This document shows positions 42,552 through 51,348 of a stretch of 57,070 nucleotides of DNA, one piece after another. The notes below the pieces were generated by a model. It ran no database searches. It saw nothing but the letters and a program-made list of their open reading frames with translations, and was not told where the DNA came from. Source of the DNA: a virus; IMG/VR virus record IMGVR_UViG_3300045988_053137, positions 1-57,070 of that record. One strand, written 5' to 3'. The stretch's first letter is position 1. Each line of letters begins with the position of its first letter. The position numbers were made by a program, and so were the translations under genes.

Positions 42552-43436
42552 ATGGCAGAGAATACAGCAGTTGTGGAAAAGAAAGAAGCTGAAAGCAGAG
42601 AACTTGTAGCAAAGGACTTTACAGAGGGAATGGTTGTAAAAATCAAGCAGAAAGAAAAATTTGGCTTGACATTCCCAAAGGATTATAATTACACAAACGA
42701 ATTTATGTCAGCAATGCTGATTTTACAGGACACAGTAGATATGAATAAGAAGCCTGTATTACAGAGTTGCACTAGGGCAAGTATTGAGAATGCACTTGTT
42801 GAAATGGTTACGAACGGACTTTCAATGCAGAAGAAACAGTGCTACCCGGTTGCTTATGGTGGCAAGCTACAGTGTCAGAAGTCAGTGTATGGAAATACTT
42901 GTATAGCAAGGAGATTTGGACTTAAAGACATTAATGCAGCGGTCATTTACAAGGGAGATGTGTTCAAGTATCACAAAGAGGACGCAAAGACAATTATTGA
43001 TTGCCACGAACAGAGTTTTGAGAACATTGACAATGATAAGATTGTTGGTGCTTATGCGGTAGCTGTTATGGATGGCGGAGAGAAAATATCAGAAGTTATG
43101 ACCATTGCACAGATTAAGCAGGCTTGGAAGCAGGGATATGGGTACAAGGAGAATGGGAACGGCGCTCATCAGAAATTTGCTGACCAGATGGCTATGAAAA
43201 CCGTCAAAAATAGATTACTTAAATATATCAATAATTCCCATAGTGGCAATGAAAATGAGGATTACGAGGAAATCAGCCACGATGAAATGCTTGAACAGGA
43301 TGTAGCTTACGATATTGAACAAAACGCAAACGCAGTAGATTTTGACGAAAGCGACATTATCGACAGCACAGCCACAGAAGCAACCGAAGAACAGGCAGAA
43401 GATAGCACATTACCGCCATTTATGCAGGCAGAATAG
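42552..43436 (+). CDS. recT: RecT-family single-strand annealing recombinase
   Basis: KKQCYPVAYGGKLQCQKSVYG...AVIYKGDVFKY is RecT-like; acidic tail. Confidence 0.8.
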   Translation: MAENTAVVEKKEAESRELVAKDFTEGMVVKIKQKEKFGLTFPKDYNYTNEFMSAMLILQDTVDMNKKPVLQSCTRASIENALVEMVTNGLSMQKKQCYPVAYGGKLQCQKSVYGNTCIARRFGLKDINAAVIYKGDVFKYHKEDAKTIIDCHEQSFENIDNDKIVGAYAVAVMDGGEKISEVMTIAQIKQAWKQGYGYKENGNGAHQKFADQMAMKTVKNRLLKYINNSHSGNENEDYEEISHDEMLEQDVAYDIEQNANAVDFDESDIIDSTATEATEEQAEDSTLPPFMQAE

Positions 43437-43449
43437 GGGGAGATTGAGT

Positions 43450-43806
43450 ATGAGAGTAATTTCACAGGACGGAACAACGGATGTTCCATATGAAAATTTT
43501 GTTTTTTCAATATTAAATAGTGGTGGCGGGAATTTTGGAATTGTTGCAGTTAAAAATGTCGCAGAGCCACCGAAAGTGTTTCTGAACAGTCTTATAGCAA
43601 CCTATTCCACCAAAGAAAAGGCAATTAAGGCTATGGAAATTCTGAGAGAGCAATATTCGAGAATTGAAATTATAAAAGCTCTTGCAAGTGGCACATGCAA
43701 GCATATGGAAGAATCATTAAAGCCGGAAGAGTTCAAAGACATCCTTAAAAAATACATCAATATGGAAGTTTTTCAGTTCCCACAGGATGATGAAATCGAG
43801 GTATAA
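43450..43806 (+). CDS. Hypothetical protein
   Basis: GGGGGAG SD before ATG 43450. Confidence 0.6.
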   Translation: MRVISQDGTTDVPYENFVFSILNSGGGNFGIVAVKNVAEPPKVFLNSLIATYSTKEKAIKAMEILREQYSRIEIIKALASGTCKHMEESLKPEEFKDILKKYINMEVFQFPQDDEIEV

Positions 43807-43808
43807 GT

Positions 43809-44036
43809 ATGTCAGTTGAAGAAATCCGTAAATGTGATAGATGTGGAAAGCCTTTTGAGTACAGTTTGTCTAAATGGGCTGGATATTTTAAATATGGTAT
43901 CAAAAAAGAAAATCGACTGTGCTTTCATTCAATGTTTTATGGCAATCCGGATGGCTATTCATATGTAGATTATAGATACGACCTTTGTGCTGATTGTACA
44001 GAAAAACTATTATTGTTTTTGCGAAGTAGTGAGTAA
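43809..44036 (+). CDS. Zn-ribbon protein
   Basis: CDRCGK ... CADC. Confidence 0.6.
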   Translation: MSVEEIRKCDRCGKPFEYSLSKWAGYFKYGIKKENRLCFHSMFYGNPDGYSYVDYRYDLCADCTEKLLLFLRSSE

Positions 44037-44050
44037 AGGAGAAGATGTAA

Positions 44051-44779
44051 ATGTACTTAAAATGTTTAGGCTCATCGTCAGCCGGAAATTGCTATCTGCT
44101 AACTTCCAGCAGTGGAGAAACACTTATCCTTGATTGCGGAATACCGATTAAGGAGATTAAAAAAGGCTTAGATTGGAACATTAAAGATGTTGTGGGTACG
44201 ATATGTACCCACCACCACCAAGACCATTCGTTATCAGTTTATCCTTTAAGAAGAATGGGAATACCTGTATTCGCACCATACATAAGCAAAAAACCTATGA
44301 AAATTGGTAATGGAGATTTTAGAGTACAGGCATTTGATTTAACAACAATAGACGGAAATTGGACGCATACCAATGCAGACGGAACGCTTTGTCCGATATA
44401 CGGCTTCCTGATAACTCACAAGGAAATGGGGAGAATGCTTTACATTACTGACACAGAGTTAATTAAGTGGAGGTTTAGAGGCATAAACCACATTCTCTTA
44501 GGTGTGAATTATGACAAGGATTTAATCGACAGGGATAACACAGGCAAAACTAATCACGTATTCAGAGGTCACTTAAGCATTGACACGGCTTGTGATTTTG
44601 TTAAGGCAAATTATTCAGACAGCTTGCAGAACGTCATAATGTGTCATTTATCGGCAGAAAATTCTGATAGAGATAGTTTTATCGAGAAGATGAAAAAAGT
44701 TGCTTATGGGGCAAATGTAGATGTTGCAGAGCGTAACAAGGAATGGATTTTAAGGAAAGGAGATGAATGCCCGTTTTGA
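44051..44779 (+). CDS. MBL-fold metallo-hydrolase
   Basis: LGSSSAGNCYLL...LILDCG...THHHQDH (HxHxDH). Confidence 0.8.
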   Translation: MYLKCLGSSSAGNCYLLTSSSGETLILDCGIPIKEIKKGLDWNIKDVVGTICTHHHQDHSLSVYPLRRMGIPVFAPYISKKPMKIGNGDFRVQAFDLTTIDGNWTHTNADGTLCPIYGFLITHKEMGRMLYITDTELIKWRFRGINHILLGVNYDKDLIDRDNTGKTNHVFRGHLSIDTACDFVKANYSDSLQNVIMCHLSAENSDRDSFIEKMKKVAYGANVDVAERNKEWILRKGDECPF

Positions 44780-45153
44780 TTAGTTGGGATATAGTTACAA
44801 AGTTAATGAATTGTTTCCCCAATAGCGTTATAAACCACAACGCAGAGTTTATAGCACATATTAGAAGCAATACATATTTCGGATTAAAAGATTGTGAAAA
44901 TGAAACAGATGTAAAGTGTAAAGTTTTGGAATGGCTATCAAGACCCGCATACAAGACGGAACCATATAACAGTAAACAGAGCAATGATGAATTTCACAGA
45001 TTTATACTTGGCGGTGTAAATCAGTTTTTGGAAACCGATTTTACCGAGAAAGATATGGAGCAGATTTATACATATCTTGGAAACAGGTGCAACCATGCCA
45101 AAACATTGAAGTTTATTGAAAGTGGGTATGATATGTCGGTCTTGAAAGATTAA
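44767..45153 (+). CDS. Hypothetical protein
   Basis: Co-oriented ORF. Confidence 0.55.
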   Translation: MPVLISWDIVTKLMNCFPNSVINHNAEFIAHIRSNTYFGLKDCENETDVKCKVLEWLSRPAYKTEPYNSKQSNDEFHRFILGGVNQFLETDFTEKDMEQIYTYLGNRCNHAKTLKFIESGYDMSVLKD

Positions 45154-45226
45154 AAATCTAATGAGTGTCCTTTTTAGAAAGAAGATTATATGTCAAGAGT
45201 TTCTTTTGGGCAGATTGGAGGTGCGA

Positions 45227-45484
45227 ATGAGAAACTTTTATAGCGGTATCAGTAATGATAAAACACAATTTTTGATAAATATGAATTGGTATAAGGATAA
45301 TGATGTAGAGGCTTGTTTTAGACTTAGCAAAAATTTTCATGGATTGCCTAAAAAATGCCGTATTGAAAAAAATGATTTTGAATTAGTATATTTAAAATTT
45401 GAATGGATTGGTAATACATATTACCCACAAGAAAGCGATAAAAGCGAAGGACAGCCAATTAGGGTATATAAAATCAAGATGTAA
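45227..45484 (+). CDS. Hypothetical protein
   Basis: GGAGGTG SD close to ATG 45227. Confidence 0.45.
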   Translation: MRNFYSGISNDKTQFLINMNWYKDNDVEACFRLSKNFHGLPKKCRIEKNDFELVYLKFEWIGNTYYPQESDKSEGQPIRVYKIKM

Positions 45485-45558
45485 ATAATAAATATATAAT
45501 TCTGAAAAGGAAAAATATCCTAATACAGAACAGAAATACAGATTCGAAAGGCTTAGTG

Positions 45559-45687
45559 ATGTTTTGGTGCGAGAAAGAAAATAGGTGGTGCTCGGTTTGG
45601 AGTTGCGACAGAAAGAAATGCGAATTTGACGAATTTTTAGCACTTGCAGTAGACAATGTGGAAGCAGAAGAAAGTGAGGAAAAATAA
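45559..45687 (+). CDS. Possible 42-aa Cys-rich protein
   Basis: TAATG coupling to ssb; below the track cutoff. Confidence 0.35.
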   Translation: MFWCEKENRWCSVWSCDRKKCEFDEFLALAVDNVEAEESEEK

Positions 45688-46118
45688 TGAACAGAGTAAT
45701 TTTATGTGGGAGGCTGACTAGAGAGCCAGAGATTAGATATTCACAGACAGTAAACGGAAGTATGGCAGTAGCAAAATACACATTAGCCGTTGACAGAACT
45801 TTTAAGAAAGAGGGTGAACAGGCAGCAGACTTTATTAACTGTATCGCATTTGGCAAGAATGGAGAGTTTGCGGAGAAGTATTTGCACCAAGGAACTAAGA
45901 TAATTGTTGAGGGCAGATGGCAGACAGGCAATTACACTAACAAGGACGGACAGAAAGTCTACACTAATGATTGCGTTGTTGAAAAACACGAATTTTGCGA
46001 AAGTCGTGCTAATCAGCAGAATAATAACAGTAACGGAATTATGGGCGGTAATGCTAGTCCAGACAGTTTTATGTCAATTCCAGACAATGTAGCTGACGAG
46101 GGATTACCATTTAATTAA
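45687..46118 (+). CDS. ssb: Single-stranded DNA-binding protein
   Basis: MNRVILCGRLTREPEIRY...FINCIAFGK...GRWQTGNY...C-terminal DEGLPF tail. Confidence 0.9.
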   Translation: MNRVILCGRLTREPEIRYSQTVNGSMAVAKYTLAVDRTFKKEGEQAADFINCIAFGKNGEFAEKYLHQGTKIIVEGRWQTGNYTNKDGQKVYTNDCVVEKHEFCESRANQQNNNSNGIMGGNASPDSFMSIPDNVADEGLPFN

Positions 46119-46130
46119 AGAGGTGTGAGC

Positions 46131-46517
46131 ATGACAGAGAATGAAGCAATTAAAGAGTTTCAACAGAATATTGATATGCCATTTGGAAGTAACATATCAA
46201 GAGAAGCGTCTGAACTTGCAATACAGGCACTTGAAGAAGTACAACAGTACCAGAAAATTGGCACACCGGAAGAATTGCAGGACATGAAAAACAATTATTT
46301 TGAAGCATTAAGTGATTGGCGTCAATATCATAAGATTGGAACTTTGGAAGAATGCCGGACGGCGATAGAAAAGCAAATACCGAAGAAACCAGATTTTACA
46401 GAAGATAAAGAATTTGCTTTATGTCCTTGTTGCAATGGGAAAGGTTTATTTGATAAGCAGAAATATTGTGATAATTGTGGTCAGAAAATAGATTGGTCAG
46501 AAGAAAGTGAGGAATAA
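46131..46517 (+). CDS. Hypothetical Zn-ribbon protein (paralogue 1)
   Basis: NEAIKEF...IQALEE...IPKKP...CPCC...CDNCGQKIDWSEE. Confidence 0.6.
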   Translation: MTENEAIKEFQQNIDMPFGSNISREASELAIQALEEVQQYQKIGTPEELQDMKNNYFEALSDWRQYHKIGTLEECRTAIEKQIPKKPDFTEDKEFALCPCCNGKGLFDKQKYCDNCGQKIDWSEESEE

Positions 46518-46518
46518 T

Positions 46519-46803
46519 ATGGAAGAGAGCGAAGCAATTAAGGAACTACATGGAATAAGACCGAGAGGCGGTATTATTCCGCAAAAGAGAGCCGAGGCTT
46601 TAGATGTGGCAATACAGGCACTTGAAAAACAGATACCCAAGAAACCTATCATGAAGCAGTATTTTGAAGATTTGGAAGAGGAGTACTTGTGCTGTCCAAC
46701 ATGTGGAGAAATTTTAACAGACAGAATACCGGCTGATAATAAGACTTTCTACTTTCATTGCATGAATTGCGGTCAAAAATTAGATTGGAGTGATGAAGGA
46801 TGA
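46519..46803 (+). CDS. Hypothetical Zn-ribbon protein (paralogue 2)
   Basis: SEAIKEL...IQALEKQIPKKP...CPTCG...CMNCGQKLDWSDE. Confidence 0.6.
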   Translation: MEESEAIKELHGIRPRGGIIPQKRAEALDVAIQALEKQIPKKPIMKQYFEDLEEEYLCCPTCGEILTDRIPADNKTFYFHCMNCGQKLDWSDEG

Positions 46804-47111
46804 GATTGATTGATGCAGATAACATTATAAATATATTGAAAGACAGGGCAGAAAACGAAGCAATTTGCGGATATCTGACAGCCTATGATGTTACTAATAG
46901 CATTATAGATGAAATTGATGAGCAGCCAACAGCCTATGATGTAGATAAGGTTGTGGAGCAACTGGAAGAGGAGAGAAAGTTATCATATGCAGATTTTAAC
47001 AGGTATGTTAAAGAGGTAAGTCCTTGCCTTGATGCAGAATATGATGATAGTTTTCAAAGAGGCTTAGAAAGGACAATTAAGATAATAAAGGCAGGTGGAA
47101 TTAATGGATAG
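46800..47111 (+). CDS. Hypothetical protein
   Basis: ATGA-coupled ORF. Confidence 0.55.
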   Translation: MRLIDADNIINILKDRAENEAICGYLTAYDVTNSIIDEIDEQPTAYDVDKVVEQLEEERKLSYADFNRYVKEVSPCLDAEYDDSFQRGLERTIKIIKAGGING

Positions 47112-47310
47112 AGATTGCGATAAATGTATACATCATACTACAGGAGCTTGCAGTACTTTTAACTGTGAGTTTGTAACAGCTGATGATGTAAGAAATAAGG
47201 CTATTGACGATTTTGCAAAGGCTGTTGAAGATGCAGGGTTTATCTTTGTTGATGATATGTTTAAGCTAGAAGAGCTTGCAGAACAGCTAAAGGCGGGTGA
47301 TAACAGTTGA
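47104..47310 (+). CDS. Hypothetical protein
   Basis: AGGTGG SD before ATG 47104. Confidence 0.5.
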   Translation: MDRDCDKCIHHTTGACSTFNCEFVTADDVRNKAIDDFAKAVEDAGFIFVDDMFKLEELAEQLKAGDNS

Positions 47311-47906
47311 ATTATCAGAACATAGCAAGAGCCAAGGCAATAGAACAGGAAAATAAAAAGCGACTGTTGAAGCTGAATCCAAAACTGAATGATAAAAGTG
47401 GGATATACTTCTTACTCCGAGAAGATGAAAACGGATTTAAGTACGCGTATATCGGGCAGGCGGTACATACACTTAGTAGATTGGCAAGCCACCTTGTAGG
47501 CTACGAACAGCACATAGACCTTAGTTTGAAACGCCACAAGCTGTATGACAAAGAGAAAAACCCTTATGGTTGGCGAGTTGAATTTCTGAATTTCCCCGAA
47601 AGTCAGCTTGACGAAAAAGAGAAGTATTACATCAAGTTATATGCCGATAAAGGTTATCAGCTTAGAAATGTCAGTTTAGGCGGTCAAGGAGAAAATCGTG
47701 CTAGTGGTTTAATAGGCGAGAGAAAAGCACCTAAAGGCTATATGCAAGGCATACAGCAAGGCAAAAAGGTGTTAGCGAGGGAATTATCGTCTATCGCAGA
47801 AAAACATCTTAAAATCGAATTGAGAGCGGATAAGGCTAATAATAAGGTATCACAGAAGCAGTATGAGAAGTTTATGGATATATTGAAAGAAGGTAGGAAC
47901 GAATGA
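47307..47906 (+). CDS. GIY-YIG nuclease-domain protein
   Basis: GIYFLLREDENGFKYAYIGQA...EKEKYYIKLYADKGYQLRN. Confidence 0.7.
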   Translation: MNYQNIARAKAIEQENKKRLLKLNPKLNDKSGIYFLLREDENGFKYAYIGQAVHTLSRLASHLVGYEQHIDLSLKRHKLYDKEKNPYGWRVEFLNFPESQLDEKEKYYIKLYADKGYQLRNVSLGGQGENRASGLIGERKAPKGYMQGIQQGKKVLARELSSIAEKHLKIELRADKANNKVSQKQYEKFMDILKEGRNE

Positions 47907-48256
47907 GCGAAATTAAAGGCTATACAGTAGAAGAAATCGCACGAGATACAAAGGAAAAACTTATTAGTGATTATGAATTTTGCAAGTGTGATTTAGCTGA
48001 AATTAGACGGCATGAAAAAGAAATTGCAGATATAAGACTTGAGTACAATTCAAAGATAGTAAAGTACAGGATGGAAAGCGCAAAAAGAGTTCTTGACTTC
48101 GTAAGAAGTGAGTATAGGGCAGGTAGAATTTGCGACCTTGAAATACTATTGTGTCATTGCCAAAACAAGCTGAATGGAAATATTGATGGAACGGAATTAG
48201 ACCTTGATGAGCATTTAAGAGGAGTTCCTTTTGAGAAAGTGGGTGATTCAGAATGA
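47903..48256 (+). CDS. Hypothetical protein
   Basis: ATGA-coupled. Confidence 0.55.
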   Translation: MSEIKGYTVEEIARDTKEKLISDYEFCKCDLAEIRRHEKEIADIRLEYNSKIVKYRMESAKRVLDFVRSEYRAGRICDLEILLCHCQNKLNGNIDGTELDLDEHLRGVPFEKVGDSE

Positions 48257-48513
48257 AGATTTTAAGTAATAAAGAATATTATCGTCTTGTGAACAAGATA
48301 GATATTCTTACTAGAGATAATGACTGTATGAATAGAAAACTTGATGAAATGAAAGAAAATAAACCTAATGATTGTAAAAGCAATGAGGGAAGTGACTTTT
48401 GCAGTATTTGCAAATTTGGCTATTTGAGAACAAGAAATCCGTTTGGGGCAGATTTTTATGCTTGCAGTAAAACAGTGTCTTGTGAAGATTTTAAGAGAAA
48501 AGAAGACAACTAA
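48253..48513 (+). CDS. Hypothetical Cys-containing protein
   Basis: ATGA-coupled. Confidence 0.55.
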   Translation: MKILSNKEYYRLVNKIDILTRDNDCMNRKLDEMKENKPNDCKSNEGSDFCSICKFGYLRTRNPFGADFYACSKTVSCEDFKRKEDN

Positions 48514-48580
48514 CTAAAAATCAAAGAAAGGAATAGGTTGTCGCGACATAAAACCGAGGTTTCCTTTTGGTGGATTTAAA

Positions 48581-49435
48581 ATGTATAAAAAGAAGATTAA
48601 ATGCGAGATATATCGTGATTCAATGCAGAATTACAAGAAATACGCAATACCGCCAGCACAGCTTATTATTGCTGATGTTCCTTACAATGTAGGAACTAAC
48701 TTCTATGGCAGTAACCCTATGTGGTACAACGGTGGTGATAACAAGAATGGCGAGAGCAAACTTGCGAAAAAGGCGGCTTTCAATTCAGATTTTAACTTTA
48801 ATCTGTATGAATACTTCCATTTTTGCTCAAAGATGTTGAAAAAAGAGGACACAAAGCCTATCGCAAGGGGCAGAAGCAGTAATAGCCCTTGTATGATTGT
48901 ATTTTGTTCATTTGAACAGTTATCAACATTGATTGCCGCCGCAAAGAAACACGGATTTGTTAATTACATACCGCTTGTATTCTGTAAAAATTACAGTCCA
49001 CAGGTACTTAAAGCTAATATGCGTATCGTTGGTGCTACGGAATATGCACTTGTGTTGTACAGAAATAAGTTACCGAAATTCAGAAACGGCTTGCAGATTG
49101 ATGAAAACGGAAAGAATATCAGAGGTACAGGACATATGATTTTTAATTGGTTCAACTGGGAGAAAGACGGAAAAGATATACCGAAAATTCATCCAGCACA
49201 AAAGCCCGTAGCAGTCCTTAAAAAGCTGATTGAGATTTTTACAGACGAGGGAGATGTAGTTATTGACCCTTGTTGCGGCAGTGGCAGCACGCTAAGAGCC
49301 GCCGCAGAGCTTGGCAGAAGTGCATACGGATTCGAGATTGACAGAAACTTTTACGAGCGTGCCAAGAATGAAATGATTGTATTTGAAAAGGACGAGCAAA
49401 TGGATATAAGTGATTTTATAGGAGATACAGTATGA
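48581..49435 (+). CDS. Beta-class amino DNA methyltransferase (N6-A or N4-C)
   Basis: Motif IV-like IIADVPY precedes motif I VIDPCCGSGSTLRAA. Confidence 0.85.
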   Translation: MYKKKIKCEIYRDSMQNYKKYAIPPAQLIIADVPYNVGTNFYGSNPMWYNGGDNKNGESKLAKKAAFNSDFNFNLYEYFHFCSKMLKKEDTKPIARGRSSNSPCMIVFCSFEQLSTLIAAAKKHGFVNYIPLVFCKNYSPQVLKANMRIVGATEYALVLYRNKLPKFRNGLQIDENGKNIRGTGHMIFNWFNWEKDGKDIPKIHPAQKPVAVLKKLIEIFTDEGDVVIDPCCGSGSTLRAAAELGRSAYGFEIDRNFYERAKNEMIVFEKDEQMDISDFIGDTV

Positions 49436-50148
49436 TAGTACATTGTTTATTTGAACAGTCAGGCACATTCAAGAATGCTTTCAAAAAGTATGGAATTGAA
49501 GCCTATGACTATGATATTCAGAATGAATTTGACGAAACCGACTATGTTACTGACCTTTTTAAAGAGATAGAGGGGGGGTATCAAGGTAAGCCAAGTTTGT
49601 TTGATAAGATAGGCCCTGATGATTTGATATTTGCGTTTTTTCCTTGCACTTATTTTTCAGACCAAAGCCCTAGGCATTTATGCTGCACAGCTTATCAATA
49701 TAAGAATTACACTATTGAGCAAAAATGTGAGGTGTCAATGAAAAGACATAGGCAGTTAAGTTTGTTCTATGAGATACTTAACAAATTTGTTATTGTCTGT
49801 CAAAGAAAACATCTAAGGCTGATTATAGAAAATCCATTAAGCACTAGCGGAATGCATTATTTAACACATTTTTGGTGCTTAAAGCCCAATGTCATCGACA
49901 AAGACAGGACATTGAACGGAGATTACTATAAAAAGCCTACGCAATATTGGTTCATTGGTTTACAACCTAAGAATAATCTTATTTTTGAACCATTAGAGGT
50001 AGTTGAGGTTATGAAACAAAGATATGTTACAAGCGATAATCCATTGGGAGTAGACAGAAAAACAGCAAGGTCAATGATACACCCACAGTACGCAGATAGA
50101 TTTATTAGGCAATATATTCTTGATGAGGAAATATGGAGAGGTAAATAA
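49432..50148 (+). CDS. Compact C5-cytosine-methyltransferase-like protein with no evident target-recognition domain
   Basis: CLFEQSG (motif I-like), FFPCTYFS (PC motif IV), IIENP (motif VI); only 238 aa. Confidence 0.5.
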   Translation: MIVHCLFEQSGTFKNAFKKYGIEAYDYDIQNEFDETDYVTDLFKEIEGGYQGKPSLFDKIGPDDLIFAFFPCTYFSDQSPRHLCCTAYQYKNYTIEQKCEVSMKRHRQLSLFYEILNKFVIVCQRKHLRLIIENPLSTSGMHYLTHFWCLKPNVIDKDRTLNGDYYKKPTQYWFIGLQPKNNLIFEPLEVVEVMKQRYVTSDNPLGVDRKTARSMIHPQYADRFIRQYILDEEIWRGK

Positions 50149-50339
50149 TGAAAGACGAAACAAAGCAGGAAATACAGATTTTACTTGACCTACTCAAAGG
50201 CAGCCTTACAAGAAATGGTGTAAGTATGGCAACGGACAGAGAAGGTAACTTGATGTTCTTTGACACATCTGTCTATGTTAGAAGTAAAGGCAAGGAATTT
50301 GACGGATTCAGAGTTAATATTAACGATTTAGTGAAGTAA
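50148..50339 (+). CDS. Hypothetical protein
   Basis: Coupled ORF. Confidence 0.55.
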   Translation: MKDETKQEIQILLDLLKGSLTRNGVSMATDREGNLMFFDTSVYVRSKGKEFDGFRVNINDLVK

Positions 50340-50367
50340 TAATGTGGCAGAACTTGAAGAGGTAATT

Positions 50368-51129
50368 ATGGCAGGCAATTTTATTAAAATTGACAGAAAA
50401 ATTTTAAAGTGGGAATGGTGGAGCGATATTAATACATTCAGACTTTTTATGTATATGTTGATAAGTGCCTATTGGAAAGACGGAAATTACAAAGGTAAGA
50501 TAATTGAAAGAGGGTCTTTCCCCTCTTCAATATCTGAATTATCAAAAGAAACTAATTTGTCTGTAATGGAAATTCGTACCTCGCTAAAACACTTACAATT
50601 AACAGGCGAAATAACAAGCAAAGCAACAAACAAATTCACGATATTTACTGTGGTTAACTACAATTTGTATCAAACGGATAACAAGCAAGATAACAAACAA
50701 ATAACAAGTAACTTAACAAACAATCAACAAACAGATAACATTCTATTAACAAACTCTATATTAAAAGAAAGTAAGAATGAAAGAACAGAAGAAATTAAAG
50801 AAGATAAGAATGCAGAAAAAGATATTACTAACGTAATATCCAAAAAGAAAAGTTATTATCCAGATGATGAATTACTTGATGAAGCATTTAACGAGTATGT
50901 GACAATGCGCAAGAGAATTAAAAAACCTATATGCACTGACAAGGCATTGCATAGGGCTATGAATACCCTTGAAAAGCTATCAGGCGGAGATAATGACTTA
51001 GCCATTAAAATTCTTAATCAGTCAGTAGACCATTGCTGGCAAGGCTTGTTCGAGTTGAAAGAAGATAATTCTAATAAACAAGGCAATCAGAATTTCAATA
51101 AGGGTGCTATTGATTGGGATAATGTGTAA
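50368..51129 (+). CDS. Replisome organizer (phage replication initiator, DnaD-like C-terminus)
   Basis: FIKIDRKILKWEWWSDINTFRLFMYML...GSFPSSISELSKETNLS; internal ATAACAA iterons. Confidence 0.7.
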   Translation: MAGNFIKIDRKILKWEWWSDINTFRLFMYMLISAYWKDGNYKGKIIERGSFPSSISELSKETNLSVMEIRTSLKHLQLTGEITSKATNKFTIFTVVNYNLYQTDNKQDNKQITSNLTNNQQTDNILLTNSILKESKNERTEEIKEDKNAEKDITNVISKKKSYYPDDELLDEAFNEYVTMRKRIKKPICTDKALHRAMNTLEKLSGGDNDLAIKILNQSVDHCWQGLFELKEDNSNKQGNQNFNKGAIDWDNV

Positions 51130-51141
51130 AGGAGAAAAATT

Positions 51142-51348
51142 ATGTATTCAGATACAATTTACGAAATCACAGTTAATGATAGTGAAAGAGCAGTTATTGA
51201 AGATATATTAAATATATTAGATAATTGCCCTATTGATTTGGGTAATTGTGATTATGTGGATATTTTTAGAAGCATAGTAAATAAAAGCTCAAATGTAGAC
51301 GCAGATGGTATCAAAATTTTATATGAATCAGGAGGTAGCAACGCTTGA
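51142..51348 (+). CDS. Hypothetical protein
   Basis: AAGGAG SD. Confidence 0.55.
   Translation: MYSDTIYEITVNDSERAVIEDILNILDNCPIDLGNCDYVDIFRSIVNKSSNVDADGIKILYESGGSNA

Noticed and set aside
45161-45226. Upstream extension (ATG 45161) of ORF 45161..45484
   Set aside because: The extension begins 8 nt after the preceding stop with no SD, whereas GGAGGTG precedes the internal ATG at 45227.
45392-45931. 179-aa minus-strand ORF spanning the ssb start region
   Set aside because: It overlaps the unmistakable ssb gene and the upstream intergenic region, and it has no SD.
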